Source: Bacteroidota bacterium
GTDB lineage: Bacteria > Bacteroidota > Rhodothermia > Rhodothermales > UBA10348
Assembly (NCBI GenBank): GCA_027620595.1
Contig: JAQCDI010000001.1
Coordinates: 1 to 46,390 of the forward strand
Length of the DNA: 46,390 nucleotides
Direction: 5' to 3'
In this document: in pieces, positions 21,101 through 29,363 of the stretch
How positions within the stretch are numbered: the first letter of the stretch is position 1
Layout of the letters: each line of letters opens with the position of its first letter
Made by a program: the position numbers and the translations under genes
Notes under the pieces: generated by a model
The model's database searches: none
What the model saw: the letters and a program-made list of their open reading frames with translations, nothing else
What the model was told of the DNA's origin: nothing

Positions 21101-21783
21101 CAGAGGAGAAATGGGGACAGACGTCCAGCATGGTCCTGCTGCTCCCGCACGGCTACGAAGGCCAGGGGCCCGAGCACTCCTCGGCGCGTCTCGAGCGCTT
21201 CCTGCAGTTGTGCGCCCAGAACAACATGATCGTGTGCTCCTTCACGACGCCGGCCAACCTGTTCCATGGGCTGCGTCGTCAGGCCTCCTCGCAGATCCAC
21301 AAGCCGTTGGTGGTCATGTCCCCCAAGAGCCTTCTGCGCCACCCCAAAGTGGTTTCGACGCCGGAAGAGCTTTCGGAAGGGGCCTTCCAGACCGTAATCC
21401 CCGCAGACGTGGATAAAGCCAAGCGGATCGTCTTCTGCTCGGGCAAGGTCTATTATGACCTTGAGGAGAATCTTGGAGACGCCGAGGTGGCCCTGGTGCG
21501 GATCGAGCAGCTGTATCCGTTCCCGCACGCCGAGGTGGTGGCCGAAATCCAGCGCATCAAGGGTGTCAAGGATGTGGTCTGGGTCCAGGAAGAGCCCGAG
21601 AACATGGGCGCCTGGTCCTTCATCAACCGCCGCCTCGACGATGCCATGGCGGCAGCGGGCATGAAAGCGCAGCGCGTGGCCTACATCGGTCGTCCGGCTT
21701 CGGCCAGCCCCGCCACGGGCAGCGCCCATATCCACGCCGCCCAGCAGGCAGCCATCTTGCGCGAAGCGCTGCATACGGCCTGA
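18175..21783 (+). CDS. odhA: 2-oxoglutarate dehydrogenase E1 component fused to an E2-type acyltransferase domain (OdhA/Kgd architecture)
   Basis: E1o N-terminus GYIEELYRQYLQDPESVGENWKEFF and a Pro/Ala linker. E2 catalytic-domain motifs (VPTATSVRTVPVKLMAENR, SFTHLIAWAIVKAL, SLTNPGMIGT, TSTYDHRVIQGAESGAF). A complete E1o follows (RGHLQADVNPL, ThDP motif GDAAFAGQGVVAET, WEAQFGDFANGAQ). TTG start. Confidence 0.9.
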   Translation: MTSLGFNTGYIEELYRQYLQDPESVGENWKEFFLDFQPDDGFVAPAPEPTSPAPRAGAAAPAAGPQEDTTAWAEESIIRGPGAKIVENMEASLGVPTATSVRTVPVKLMAENRALINDHQRHVGGHKVSFTHLIAWAIVKALKEYPSMNTTYRRVEEDHIHVVPHDVNLGLAIDMERRGKRTLLVPNIKAAQTLNFAQLLGAYNDLIRRARDNKLEIEDFARTTASLTNPGMIGTNLSVPRLMPGQGVIVGVGSIGYPAEYYAVPQEAIDQTGISQVMTITSTYDHRVIQGAESGAFLAWVDQLLRGNHGFYQEIFRDLNIAFQPWTLSEDSTTRVGVRSRSAKQEAVRKAASVLQLIRAYRVRGHLQADVNPLGHEWEPHPELDPATYGLTIWDLDREFPTGGLGGQDMLPLRDILDILRRTYTRKIGIEFMHISSPEEKRWLTDRIEPSDSEYTVDAESMHRMLQKLNAAEAFETFLHTKYIGHKRFSLEGSETVIPMLDRILSDAAEKGVSQVVMGMAHRGRLNVLANIMNKPYEVIFSEFEGNIDPNTTQGSGDVKYHLGSTGKHVAPGGQEVTISLASNPSHLEAVNPVVEGMVRAKQEARRHEPDNPDGDFQDSVIPILIHGDAAFAGQGVVAETLHMSQLPGYHTGGTIHVVINNQIGFTTGPEAARSSHYATDSARMIQAPVFHVNGDDPEACVRVARLALEYRQAFNKDVVIDVLSYRVRGHNEGDEPTYTQPTLYKKIEAKRSPRKLYTELLLRRGDMQPEEAEQMLEDYRGRLQEAFDRTKELVERKAPTEAELLRKREPEPLPVVDTRAPAQDMRDVVKALNNLPADFQVHPKLERQFSRREKLFDEEKRIDWGFAEALAFGSILLDGKRVRVSGQDSRRGTFSHRHAVLYDQETGAQYIPLNHIRDGQESLFIYDSLLSEYAVCGFEYGYSVANPQALVIWEAQFGDFANGAQIVYDQFLSAAEEKWGQTSSMVLLLPHGYEGQGPEHSSARLERFLQLCAQNNMIVCSFTTPANLFHGLRRQASSQIHKPLVVMSPKSLLRHPKVVSTPEELSEGAFQTVIPADVDKAKRIVFCSGKVYYDLEENLGDAEVALVRIEQLYPFPHAEVVAEIQRIKGVKDVVWVQEEPENMGAWSFINRRLDDAMAAAGMKAQRVAYIGRPASASPATGSAHIHAAQQAAILREALHTA

Positions 21784-21804
21784 ATGCCATCGCAGCAGAC
21801 CAAT

Positions 21805-21843
21805 AAAAAGGGAGCGTCCATCCCCGGGGATGGACGCTCCTTT
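21805..21843. terminator. bidirectional intrinsic terminator between odhA and rpsU
   Basis: Perfect 30-nt palindrome ggagcgtccatcccc/ggggatggacgctcc (21811..21840), flanked by AAAAA on the left and TTT on the right. On the minus strand the stem is followed by CUUUUU. Confidence 0.6.
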
Positions 21844-21906
21844 CACACCTCTCTGAAGCACTCGACGGCAGGGTGGGGTGCGTCGAGGGCCGGATGATAT
21901 CGAGGC

Positions 21907-22098
21907 CTAGTAGCGTGTACGGCGGCGCGAGTTGCGGGCTGCCTTCTGGCGCGCAAGACGGCGCTCTTCGGAGGGCTTCGTGAAGGCCATGTTGCCGCGG
22001 AAAATGCGCAGTACGCGGCTGCGGTTTACGGCGCGCTTGAAGCGGCGCAGAGCGCGGTCGATGGACTCGTTATCCCTTACTTTGATACCTACGGGCAC
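21907..22098 (-). CDS. rpsU: 30S ribosomal protein bS21
   Basis: MPVGIKVRDNESIDRALRRFKRAVNRSRVLRIFRGNMAFTKPSEERRLARQKAARNSRRR is a typical bS21. GTG start preceded by AAGGAG (22108..22113) with a 9-nt spacer. Confidence 0.95.
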   Translation of the reverse strand: MPVGIKVRDNESIDRALRRFKRAVNRSRVLRIFRGNMAFTKPSEERRLARQKAARNSRRRTRY

Positions 22099-22144
22099 GT
22101 CAGATCACTCCTTGAGTGGATGATTAATTTCGAAACAGCCTTGC

Positions 22145-22174
22145 AATATACGGACCCCGCCCTGTTGAAGGCAA
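22145..22174 (-). promoter_or_regulatory. sigma70-like promoter candidate for rpsU (TTGCCT-18 nt-TATATT)
   Basis: On the minus strand, TTGCCT (22169..22174) and TATATT (22145..22150) are separated by 18 nt. They sit in one of the few AT-rich patches of the window, about 47 nt upstream of the rpsU start. Confidence 0.35.
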
Positions 22175-22191
22175 AACCCTGACCCCTCCAA

Positions 22192-22788
22192 ATGCCCCAA
22201 AAACTGCTCATTTCGACGCGGAATCCGCACAAACTCCGTGAAATTATGGCGATCCTCGAAGGATCGGGCGTCGAATTGGTGTCCCTGGAGGCGTTTCCCG
22301 ATGCACACGACGTGGTTGAGGACCGTCCTACGCTCGAGGGGAATGCCGCCAAGAAGGCCGAGGAGCTCTTCGCACTGACGGGGCTGCATACGATGGCCGA
22401 CGACACCGGTCTGGAAGTGGATGCCCTGGCGGGCGCGCCGGGCGTCCGCTCGGCGCGATTTGCCGGCGACGAGGCCGATGCCGCTGCCAACCGCCGGCTG
22501 CTGCTCGAACGGCTGGCAGCGGCGGACGACCGGCGCGCCCGCTTCCGCACCGTCATCGCCTTGACCACACCGCAGGGCACCCGATTCTTCGAAGGCACCT
22601 GCGAAGGGGTGATCACCCGGGAAGAGCGCGGCCACGGTGGCTTCGGCTACGACCCGATTTTCCGGCCCGACGGCCACGCCGAGACCTTCGCCGAGATGGA
22701 CGCCGCCACCAAGAATGCCATCAGCCACCGTGGCCGCGCCCTGGCCGCCTTTGCCGATGCCCTCCTTCGGGGGGAGGTTCGCCCATGA
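22192..22788 (+). CDS. rdgB: non-canonical purine NTP pyrophosphatase (RdgB/HAM1 family)
   Basis: [47 protein letters not shown] and ISHRGRAL. Confidence 0.9.
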   Translation: MPQKLLISTRNPHKLREIMAILEGSGVELVSLEAFPDAHDVVEDRPTLEGNAAKKAEELFALTGLHTMADDTGLEVDALAGAPGVRSARFAGDEADAAANRRLLLERLAAADDRRARFRTVIALTTPQGTRFFEGTCEGVITREERGHGGFGYDPIFRPDGHAETFAEMDAATKNAISHRGRALAAFADALLRGEVRP

Positions 22789-23234
22789 TGGCCCTTCTCC
22801 AACGTGTGCGCCATGCCCGTGTGAGCGTGGACGATCGGCAAACGGGCGCCATCGGGGAGGGCCTCCTGATCCTGCTCGGCGTACACGAGACCGACACGGC
22901 CGATCTCATCCCGTGGCTGGCCGCCAAATGTGCCAACCTGCGCATCTTTCCAGACGAGGAAGGGCGCATGAATCGATCCGTCAAGGACCACGGCGGATCT
23001 GCCCTCGTCGTATCCCAATTCACACTCTACGGCAACGCCGAGAAGGGCAACCGCCCGTCCTTCATCGAATCCGCCCGCCCGGAAGTGGCCGAACCCCTGT
23101 ATCAAGCCTTTTGCGAGGCCCTGTCGGCCGAACTCGGCCATCCTGTTGGCCGGGGCGAATTCGGCGCCATGATGGATGTGGCGCTGCTCAACTGGGGACC
23201 CGTCACGCTGACCATCGAACGACGAAACCCGTAG
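22785..23234 (+). CDS. dtd: D-aminoacyl-tRNA deacylase
   Basis: [32 protein letters not shown] and LNWGPVTL motifs. ATGA overlap with rdgB. Confidence 0.9.
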   Translation: MMALLQRVRHARVSVDDRQTGAIGEGLLILLGVHETDTADLIPWLAAKCANLRIFPDEEGRMNRSVKDHGGSALVVSQFTLYGNAEKGNRPSFIESARPEVAEPLYQAFCEALSAELGHPVGRGEFGAMMDVALLNWGPVTLTIERRNP

Positions 23235-23288
23235 GCCTGTCCGCGGGTTGTCCCTGCCGACCGTTCCCTTTGACCCACTGCCGATCCC

Positions 23289-24944
23289 ATGCATCGAGTC
23301 CTGCTTCTCTGCACCCTCTTCCTTGCCGGATGCTCTGCCCAGCAGCCTGACGGCTATCTCGTGGTGGATGCCGTGATCTACACGATGGACGACTCGATCC
23401 CTGTGGCTGAGGCCATGGCCGTTGTGGACGGGAAGGTGGCCATGATCGGACATGCCGACGACGTGAGGGCCGCCCATCCCGCTCTGCCCGAACGGTCCCT
23501 GGGCGGCAAGACCGTCGTTCCAGGGTTCACCGATTCCCACGGGCACTTCATGAGTCTTGGTTTCAGGAAGATCATGGTGGATCTGCGCGGCAGCACGTCC
23601 ATCGAAGAGGTCATCCAGCGGATCCAGGCCTTCTTTCCGGACCTCGAGGAAGGGGAGTGGATCCGGGGCCGTGGCTGGAACCAGGTGCTCTGGCCTGGTC
23701 AGGAATTCCCGACCCGTCAGGACCTCGACGCCTACTTCCCCAACAATCCGGTGGCTCTGGAACGCATCGACGGGCACGCCTCCTGGTATAACACGGCGGC
23801 CATGAACATCGCCGGATTCGAGTCCATCCAGAACGCAGAGGATCCCGTTGGAGGCGCCATCATCCGGGACGCCAATGGCGTTCCGACCGGCGTGTTCATC
23901 GACGCTGCGGCCGGACTGGTCGAGCGGCACGTACCGGCCTGGACACAGGAAGAGACCGAAGACGCGCTGACGCTTGCGCTGCAGGAAGCAGCCGAGATGG
24001 GCCTGACGGGCATCCACGATGCCGGAGTGGACCAGGCCACCATCGACCTCTACAAACGGTTCATCGACGAAGACCGGTTCACGGTTCGCATGTATGCCAT
24101 GATCGGGGGCACCCGCGGGTCGGCCTTCCGGACCTACTGCAACAATCCCATCATCGACTACGGGGATCGCCTCTCGGTCCGCTCCGTCAAGCTCTACCTG
24201 GATGGTGCCCTGGGCAGCCGTGGAGCCGCCCTGCTCGAGGATTACAGCGACGAGGCCGGAAATCGCGGACTGCTGTTTGCCGAGCCGGAGGAGTTTGCCG
24301 CGCAGGTCCGGGAATCCGTGGCATGCGGCTACCAGGTGAATACCCACGCCATCGGGGACCGCGGCAACCGCGTGCTCCTGGAGAGTTACGAACTGGCCGG
24401 CATCACCCCCGAGAGCCGCCCCAGGGATGAGCACACGCAGATCATTGCCCTTGAGGACGTTCCCCGATTCCAGCAACTGGGCATCATCGCTTCGATGCAG
24501 CCCACCCACGCCACCTCCGACCTGAACATGGCCGAAGATCGGCTCGGGCCGCACCGCATCAAGGGTGGCTATGCCTGGCGCACCCTGACGGATGCCGGCA
24601 TCCCATTGGCCTTCGGTTCGGACTTCCCCGTCGAAAAGTCGAACCCCATCGATGGGTTCTTTGCCGGTGTGACGCGCCAGACGAAAGACCTGCTGCCGGA
24701 GGGTGGCTGGTATCCCGAGGAACGACTGACCCGTGAGGAGACCCTGGCCGCTTTCACGAAGGGAGGTGCCTATGCCGCCTTCCAGGAAGACCAACTGGGG
24801 TCCCTGTCTCCGGGCAAGTTTGCCGACTTCGTCGTCCTCTCGGCCGACATCATGACCGTGCCGCCACCCCAGATCATCGAATCGAAGGTGGAAGCCACGT
24901 TCTTCGGTGGACAGCTCGTCTTCGGCCCCGTACCGGGGGAATGA
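23289..24944 (+). CDS. amidohydrolase-family lipoprotein (Amidohydro_3/YtcJ-like)
   Basis: Lipobox LFLAGC. Metal-binding GFTDSHGHF, VNTHAIGDRG, MQPTHATSD and FGSDFPVE. Confidence 0.8.
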   Translation: MHRVLLLCTLFLAGCSAQQPDGYLVVDAVIYTMDDSIPVAEAMAVVDGKVAMIGHADDVRAAHPALPERSLGGKTVVPGFTDSHGHFMSLGFRKIMVDLRGSTSIEEVIQRIQAFFPDLEEGEWIRGRGWNQVLWPGQEFPTRQDLDAYFPNNPVALERIDGHASWYNTAAMNIAGFESIQNAEDPVGGAIIRDANGVPTGVFIDAAAGLVERHVPAWTQEETEDALTLALQEAAEMGLTGIHDAGVDQATIDLYKRFIDEDRFTVRMYAMIGGTRGSAFRTYCNNPIIDYGDRLSVRSVKLYLDGALGSRGAALLEDYSDEAGNRGLLFAEPEEFAAQVRESVACGYQVNTHAIGDRGNRVLLESYELAGITPESRPRDEHTQIIALEDVPRFQQLGIIASMQPTHATSDLNMAEDRLGPHRIKGGYAWRTLTDAGIPLAFGSDFPVEKSNPIDGFFAGVTRQTKDLLPEGGWYPEERLTREETLAAFTKGGAYAAFQEDQLGSLSPGKFADFVVLSADIMTVPPPQIIESKVEATFFGGQLVFGPVPGE

Positions 24945-25942
24945 ACGCCCCGGATCCCACATATCTGACCGACGCTTTCGGGCGGCGGCACACCTACCTG
25001 CGCATCTCGCTGACGGAGCGCTGCAATCTGCGCTGTACCTACTGCATGCCGGCCGAGGGCGTGGAGCTCAAACCCAAGTCGCACATCCTCTCGTTCGAGG
25101 AGATCCTGCGGCTTTCATCGCTCCTCGTAGGCCAAGGCGTTACGAAAATCCGGCTCACCGGGGGCGAACCCCTGATCCGCAAGGAACTGGTCCACCTGGT
25201 CGAGCGGCTGCGGAGCCTGGATGGGCTGCGCGAGCTGACCATCACCACGAATGGCTTGCTCCTGCCGCGGAAGCTGGAAGAACTGCGGCGGGCCGGCATC
25301 ACCGGATTCAACATCTCGCTCGACACCCTTCGCAAGGACCGGTTCGAGGAGATCACCCGACGCCCTGGCCTGGACACGGTGCTGGAAGCCATCCACCGGA
25401 CCGTGGACGCGGGCTACGACCCGGTCAAGATCAATTGTGTCGTAATCCGGGGCTTCAACGAGGATGAACTGGTTGACTTCGTTGCGATGACCCGGGATCT
25501 GCCCATCGAGATGCGCTTCATCGAATACATGCCTTTCGATGGCAACACCTGGAATACCGGGAAATTCCTGCCCTATGTGGAGATGGTGGACCGGATCCGC
25601 GAGGTATGGCCGGATTTCAGGTCCGAGGGAGGGGATGAACTCGAAATTGCCAAGCTGTGGCAGGTGCAAGGATTCACTGGCAAAGTGGGCTTCATCACCT
25701 CGATGAGTGATCATTTCTGCGCCGGTTGCAACCGGATCAGGATCACGGCGGACGGTCAGCTCAAGGTATGCCTGTTCGGCGCCCAGGAGGTCAACCTGCG
25801 CGATCTGATGCGCGATGGAACGTCCGACGAAGCGCTGTTGGAAGCGGTCCGATCGGCACTGGCCCGCAAGGCGCCTTCCCACGCCGGCATGGAAACGATT
25901 GCGGCTTCCGAAAATCGGCCCATGATCCTGATCGGAGGCTAG
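24941..25942 (+). CDS. moaA: GTP 3',8-cyclase (molybdenum cofactor biosynthesis protein A)
   Basis: Radical-SAM CNLRCTYCMP, a C-terminal Cys cluster (FCAGCNRIRITADGQLKVCLF), and a GG tail. ATGA overlap with the amidohydrolase gene. Confidence 0.9.
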   Translation: MNAPDPTYLTDAFGRRHTYLRISLTERCNLRCTYCMPAEGVELKPKSHILSFEEILRLSSLLVGQGVTKIRLTGGEPLIRKELVHLVERLRSLDGLRELTITTNGLLLPRKLEELRRAGITGFNISLDTLRKDRFEEITRRPGLDTVLEAIHRTVDAGYDPVKINCVVIRGFNEDELVDFVAMTRDLPIEMRFIEYMPFDGNTWNTGKFLPYVEMVDRIREVWPDFRSEGGDELEIAKLWQVQGFTGKVGFITSMSDHFCAGCNRIRITADGQLKVCLFGAQEVNLRDLMRDGTSDEALLEAVRSALARKAPSHAGMETIAASENRPMILIGG

Positions 25943-26006
25943 GATCCGCGCGAACCGACACGTGCCTTGCATCGTTGCACCCTTCCTTCTTCCCCAAATC
26001 CATCCC

Positions 26007-26498
26007 ATGGCAGACTTTACCCACGTCCATCCCGAAGGCGGCGTCCACATGGTGGACGTCTCCGGAAAAGCCGACTCACTGCGCACGGCCGTGGCCTCGG
26101 GCCGCGTCCACCTGGGCCACGAAGCATTCGAGCGCGTACGTGACAACACGGTCCGCAAGGGAGACGTGCTGGCCATTGCGCAGATTGCCGGCATCATGGG
26201 CGCCAAGGAAACGCCCCGCCTGATTCCGCTGTGCCATCAGGTGCAGATCCAGGGTGTGGATGTGGAGCTGAAGCTGAACGAACGCGCCGAGGCCGTGGAC
26301 ATCCGTGCCTTTGCCAAGAGTGTCGGCCCGACCGGCGTTGAGATGGAAGCGCTGACCGCCGTCAGCGTGGCAGCCCTGACCGTCTACGACATGTGCAAAT
26401 CCATCACCAAGGATCTGCGTATCGGCGACATCCACCTGGTGGCCAAGACCGGGGGCGCCTCGGGCGACTACCTGCGGCCCGAACCATCCTCGAACTGA
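26007..26498 (+). CDS. moaC: cyclic pyranopterin monophosphate synthase
   Basis: FTHVHPEGGVHMVDVSGK, KGDVLAIAQIAGIMGAKET..LIPLCH, GVEMEALTAVSVAALTVYDMCK. ATG at 26007 preferred over the longer ORF from 25962. Confidence 0.9.
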   Translation: MADFTHVHPEGGVHMVDVSGKADSLRTAVASGRVHLGHEAFERVRDNTVRKGDVLAIAQIAGIMGAKETPRLIPLCHQVQIQGVDVELKLNERAEAVDIRAFAKSVGPTGVEMEALTAVSVAALTVYDMCKSITKDLRIGDIHLVAKTGGASGDYLRPEPSSN

Positions 26499-26525
26499 TC
26501 CTCCTCCCACCCATTCCCACCGACC

Positions 26526-27512
26526 ATGGAAACCTTGATCACCACCTCGGGCGTCCTGCTCATTGCCCTGATCTTCCTGGCCCTCGTGGTCTTCATGTAT
26601 TTCATTCCGGTAGGCCTGTGGATCACTGCCTATTTCTCTGGCGTCCGGGTCAAGCTGGTGCGGGACCTCATGGGTATGCGCCTGCGGAAAGTGCCGCCGG
26701 CCGTTATCGTCAAGCCGCTGATCACGGCCCACAAAGCCGGCATCGAAGTCAGTCCACCCCAACTCGAGGCCCACTACCTGGCAGGTGGACAGGTCCAGAA
26801 AGTGGTCAATGCCCTGATTTCGGCGGACAAAGCCAACATCGACCTGAACTTCGAACGCGCCACGGCCATCGACCTGGCCGGTCGTGACGTTTTCGAAGCC
26901 GTGCAGGTATCGGTCAATCCCAAAGTGATCGAAACGCCGCCTGTCTCGGCCGTTGCCAAGGACGGTATCCAGGTACGCGCCGTGGCGCGCGTCACCGTGC
27001 GGGCCAACATCGAGCGTCTCGTCGGGGGCGCCGGAGAAGAAACCATCATTGCCCGCGTCGGCGAAGGCATCGTGTCCACCATCGGTTCGTCCGAGACCCA
27101 CAAGCTGGTCCTCGAGAATCCGGACTCGATCTCCAAGGTGGTGCTTTCGAAGGGACTGGACTCCGGTACGGCCTTCGAAATCCTCTCCATCGACATTGCC
27201 GATGTGGACGTCGGAGAAAACATCGGCGCCAAACTGCAGACGGACCAGGCGGAAGCCGACCTCAAGATTGCTCAGGCCAAGGCCGAGGAGCGCCGCGCTG
27301 CGGCCGTGGCACGGGAGCAGGAAATGCGGGCCGCCGTACAGGAACAGCGTGCCAAGGTGATTGCTGCCGAAGCAGAAGTGCCGCTGGCCATGGCCGAGGC
27401 GTTCCGCAGTGGCAACCTTGGCATCATGGACTACTACAACATGCGCAACGTGGAGGCCGATACCCACATGCGCAAGTCCATCGGTGGCGGCGACGCCCCG
27501 GCCAAGAAGTAG
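26526..27512 (+). CDS. floA: flotillin-like protein FloA (YqfA/UPF0365, SPFH/Band-7 superfamily)
   Basis: N-terminal TM helix followed by [34 protein letters not shown] long Ala/Glu-rich helix ([36 protein letters not shown]), then [13 protein letters not shown]. Confidence 0.85.
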   Translation: METLITTSGVLLIALIFLALVVFMYFIPVGLWITAYFSGVRVKLVRDLMGMRLRKVPPAVIVKPLITAHKAGIEVSPPQLEAHYLAGGQVQKVVNALISADKANIDLNFERATAIDLAGRDVFEAVQVSVNPKVIETPPVSAVAKDGIQVRAVARVTVRANIERLVGGAGEETIIARVGEGIVSTIGSSETHKLVLENPDSISKVVLSKGLDSGTAFEILSIDIADVDVGENIGAKLQTDQAEADLKIAQAKAEERRAAAVAREQEMRAAVQEQRAKVIAAEAEVPLAMAEAFRSGNLGIMDYYNMRNVEADTHMRKSIGGGDAPAKK

Positions 27513-27527
27513 GTCCGGACCTCCCCC

Positions 27528-28046
27528 GTGCAGCACGCTGTCTTCATCACCTTCGGACTGTTCTCGGTCAGCCAGGAACTGAGCGCCATGGCCATGGCCC
27601 ATCTCGCGGATGCCGACCCGGAACTGCTTGCCGAGGAGAGCCTCTCGCTGGCCGCCGCCGCAACGTCCCGCGCCATCGAGGCAACGGCCCCTTCGCATCA
27701 GGACCTGGCCGATGCCCTCATGGTGGCGCCCTTCCTGTATCGGGACTACCTCGTGGGTACAGCCATGCTCGAGTCGGGAGATGCCACCCAGGCCGAGCGC
27801 GGTGCGGACATCGGGCAGCGGCTCGAGCGCAAGATGGCCTTCTATGCCACCCATCTGCCCAAAGCCACCCTCCCCACGGGATCGGTGCTTCGGAACGCGA
27901 TGCTTCTGTGGATGGGACGGATCTCCCCACCGGGCATGCCCACTGGCCCGGAGGCCCGGCTCGATGCCTGCGGCGCTGTCCCCCGGCTGCAGGCGCATGT
28001 CCGGCTCACGGCAGCCCACCTGCGACACACGGACGCAGGCAGCTGA
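27528..28046 (+). CDS. hypothetical protein (predicted helical)
   Basis: 172-codon ORF with high GC3, filling the convergent gap between floA and the CNNM gene. GTG start 15 nt after the floA stop (alternative ATG at 27588). No family recognised. Confidence 0.4.
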   Translation: MQHAVFITFGLFSVSQELSAMAMAHLADADPELLAEESLSLAAAATSRAIEATAPSHQDLADALMVAPFLYRDYLVGTAMLESGDATQAERGADIGQRLERKMAFYATHLPKATLPTGSVLRNAMLLWMGRISPPGMPTGPEARLDACGAVPRLQAHVRLTAAHLRHTDAGS

Positions 28047-28061
28047 GACCAGCGTCCAGCT

Positions 28062-29351
28062 TCAAGCGGGAGTGATCGGGCCCGCATCCGTTGTCAATCG
28101 GGAAATGCGCACAAGATCGATCCGGTTGGCCGTGGCCCGCAGCACCAGGAAGCGGTAGCCGTCCAGCTCGAACTCATCGCGGACCTTGGGTATGGTGCCC
28201 AACCGCTCCAGCAGGTACCCGGCCACCGTCTCGAAATCGCCGTCCGGCAGCTTGATCGAGGTTTCCTCGGCCAGCTCGTCCACGTCCAGGCGGCCGCTGG
28301 CAATCACCGCTTCGTCGCTCAGGATACGGATCATGTTCTCCTCGACGTCGAACTCGTCGCGGATGTCTCCGAAGATCTCCTCGAGCAGGTCTTCGGACGT
28401 GACCAGCCCTGCCGTTCCACCATACTCATCAATGACGATGGCAATGGAGGTATTGGTCTGCAGGAATTCCTTGAGCAGCTCCTTCGAGAGCTTGGTCTCC
28501 GGCACGAACGTGGCCGGACGGAGCATATCGGACAGGGACTTCGGTTCCGAGAACAGGTCGTAGGCAAAGGCCACGCCTACGATGTTGTCGATGTTCTCCC
28601 GGTAGATGGGAATCTTCGAGTGACCCGTGGACACGAAAAGCTCCTGCGCTTCCTCGAGTGAAGCACTCTCTTCAAGGGCAATCATGTTGGTCCGAGGCAT
28701 CATCGACTCACGGACCTTGATCGTACCCATGGCAAACACGTTGGAGACCAGCGTGGACTCCTCCTCATCCAGGTCCAGCTCACCAGTGCGCTTGCTCTCC
28801 TCGATGAGCAGCTCGAAGTCGCGGCGGATGAACTCGGAGAAAGAGTTCGAATCGATGCGAACGGCCTTCATCAGGGCGCTGGCGGTCCAGCGGGAAATCA
28901 GGATGAGCGGCAGGAGAAGGTAGTAGGTCATCCGCAGCGGAAAGGCCAGCCAGAACACGGCCCGGTTGGCGATTTCCCGCATGACGGACTTGGGAAGGAC
29001 CTCCCCGATGAGCAGCACCACGACGGAGGCCACCACGGTCTGGGCCGCCAGCGCCAGGATGTCGGCTGCTCCGGACATGCCCAGGAGTTCACCGAAGAAG
29101 AGCTTCAGCGGAGCCTCGAGGTAGAGGGCCACGAGCGTCGAGTAGATGACCAGGGCCAGGTTGTTGCCCACAAGGGTCGTGGTCAGCAGTGTGGCCGGCT
29201 GCTCGAGGAACTCGGATACCCAACGACCCACCAACCCGCCACGACGCGCGAATACTTCCACGCGCAGTCGGTTGGCCGAAACGAAGGCAATCTCCGAGCC
29301 CGAAAAGAACGCGCTCAGAACCAGGGAAATGAGTATTAAGGCAATTTCCAT
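28062..29351 (-). CDS. CNNM/CorB-type transporter (DUF21 TM domain, CBS pair, CorC_HlyC domain); hemolysin-family annotation
   Basis: N-terminal DUF21 pattern (LSAFFSGSEIAFVSANRLRVE, GEVLPKS), a CBS pair region (MMPRTNMIALE ... IPIYRENIDNIVGV), and a C-terminal CorC domain (IDEYGGTAGLVTSEDLLEEIFGDI, DGYRFLVL). Confidence 0.85.
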   Translation of the reverse strand: MEIALILISLVLSAFFSGSEIAFVSANRLRVEVFARRGGLVGRWVSEFLEQPATLLTTTLVGNNLALVIYSTLVALYLEAPLKLFFGELLGMSGAADILALAAQTVVASVVVLLIGEVLPKSVMREIANRAVFWLAFPLRMTYYLLLPLILISRWTASALMKAVRIDSNSFSEFIRRDFELLIEESKRTGELDLDEEESTLVSNVFAMGTIKVRESMMPRTNMIALEESASLEEAQELFVSTGHSKIPIYRENIDNIVGVAFAYDLFSEPKSLSDMLRPATFVPETKLSKELLKEFLQTNTSIAIVIDEYGGTAGLVTSEDLLEEIFGDIRDEFDVEENMIRILSDEAVIASGRLDVDELAEETSIKLPDGDFETVAGYLLERLGTIPKVRDEFELDGYRFLVLRATANRIDLVRISRLTTDAGPITPA

Positions 29352-29363
29352 TGCGTTGGATGC

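Noticed and set aside
22647-24962. 771-aa minus-strand ORF
   Set aside because: Antisense to rdgB, dtd and the amidohydrolase gene, all with clear family signatures. The translation is Gly/Arg/His/Val-rich and featureless.
26076-28028. 650-aa minus-strand ORF
   Set aside because: Antisense to moaC, floA and the downstream ORF. No recognisable domain. Shadow ORF.
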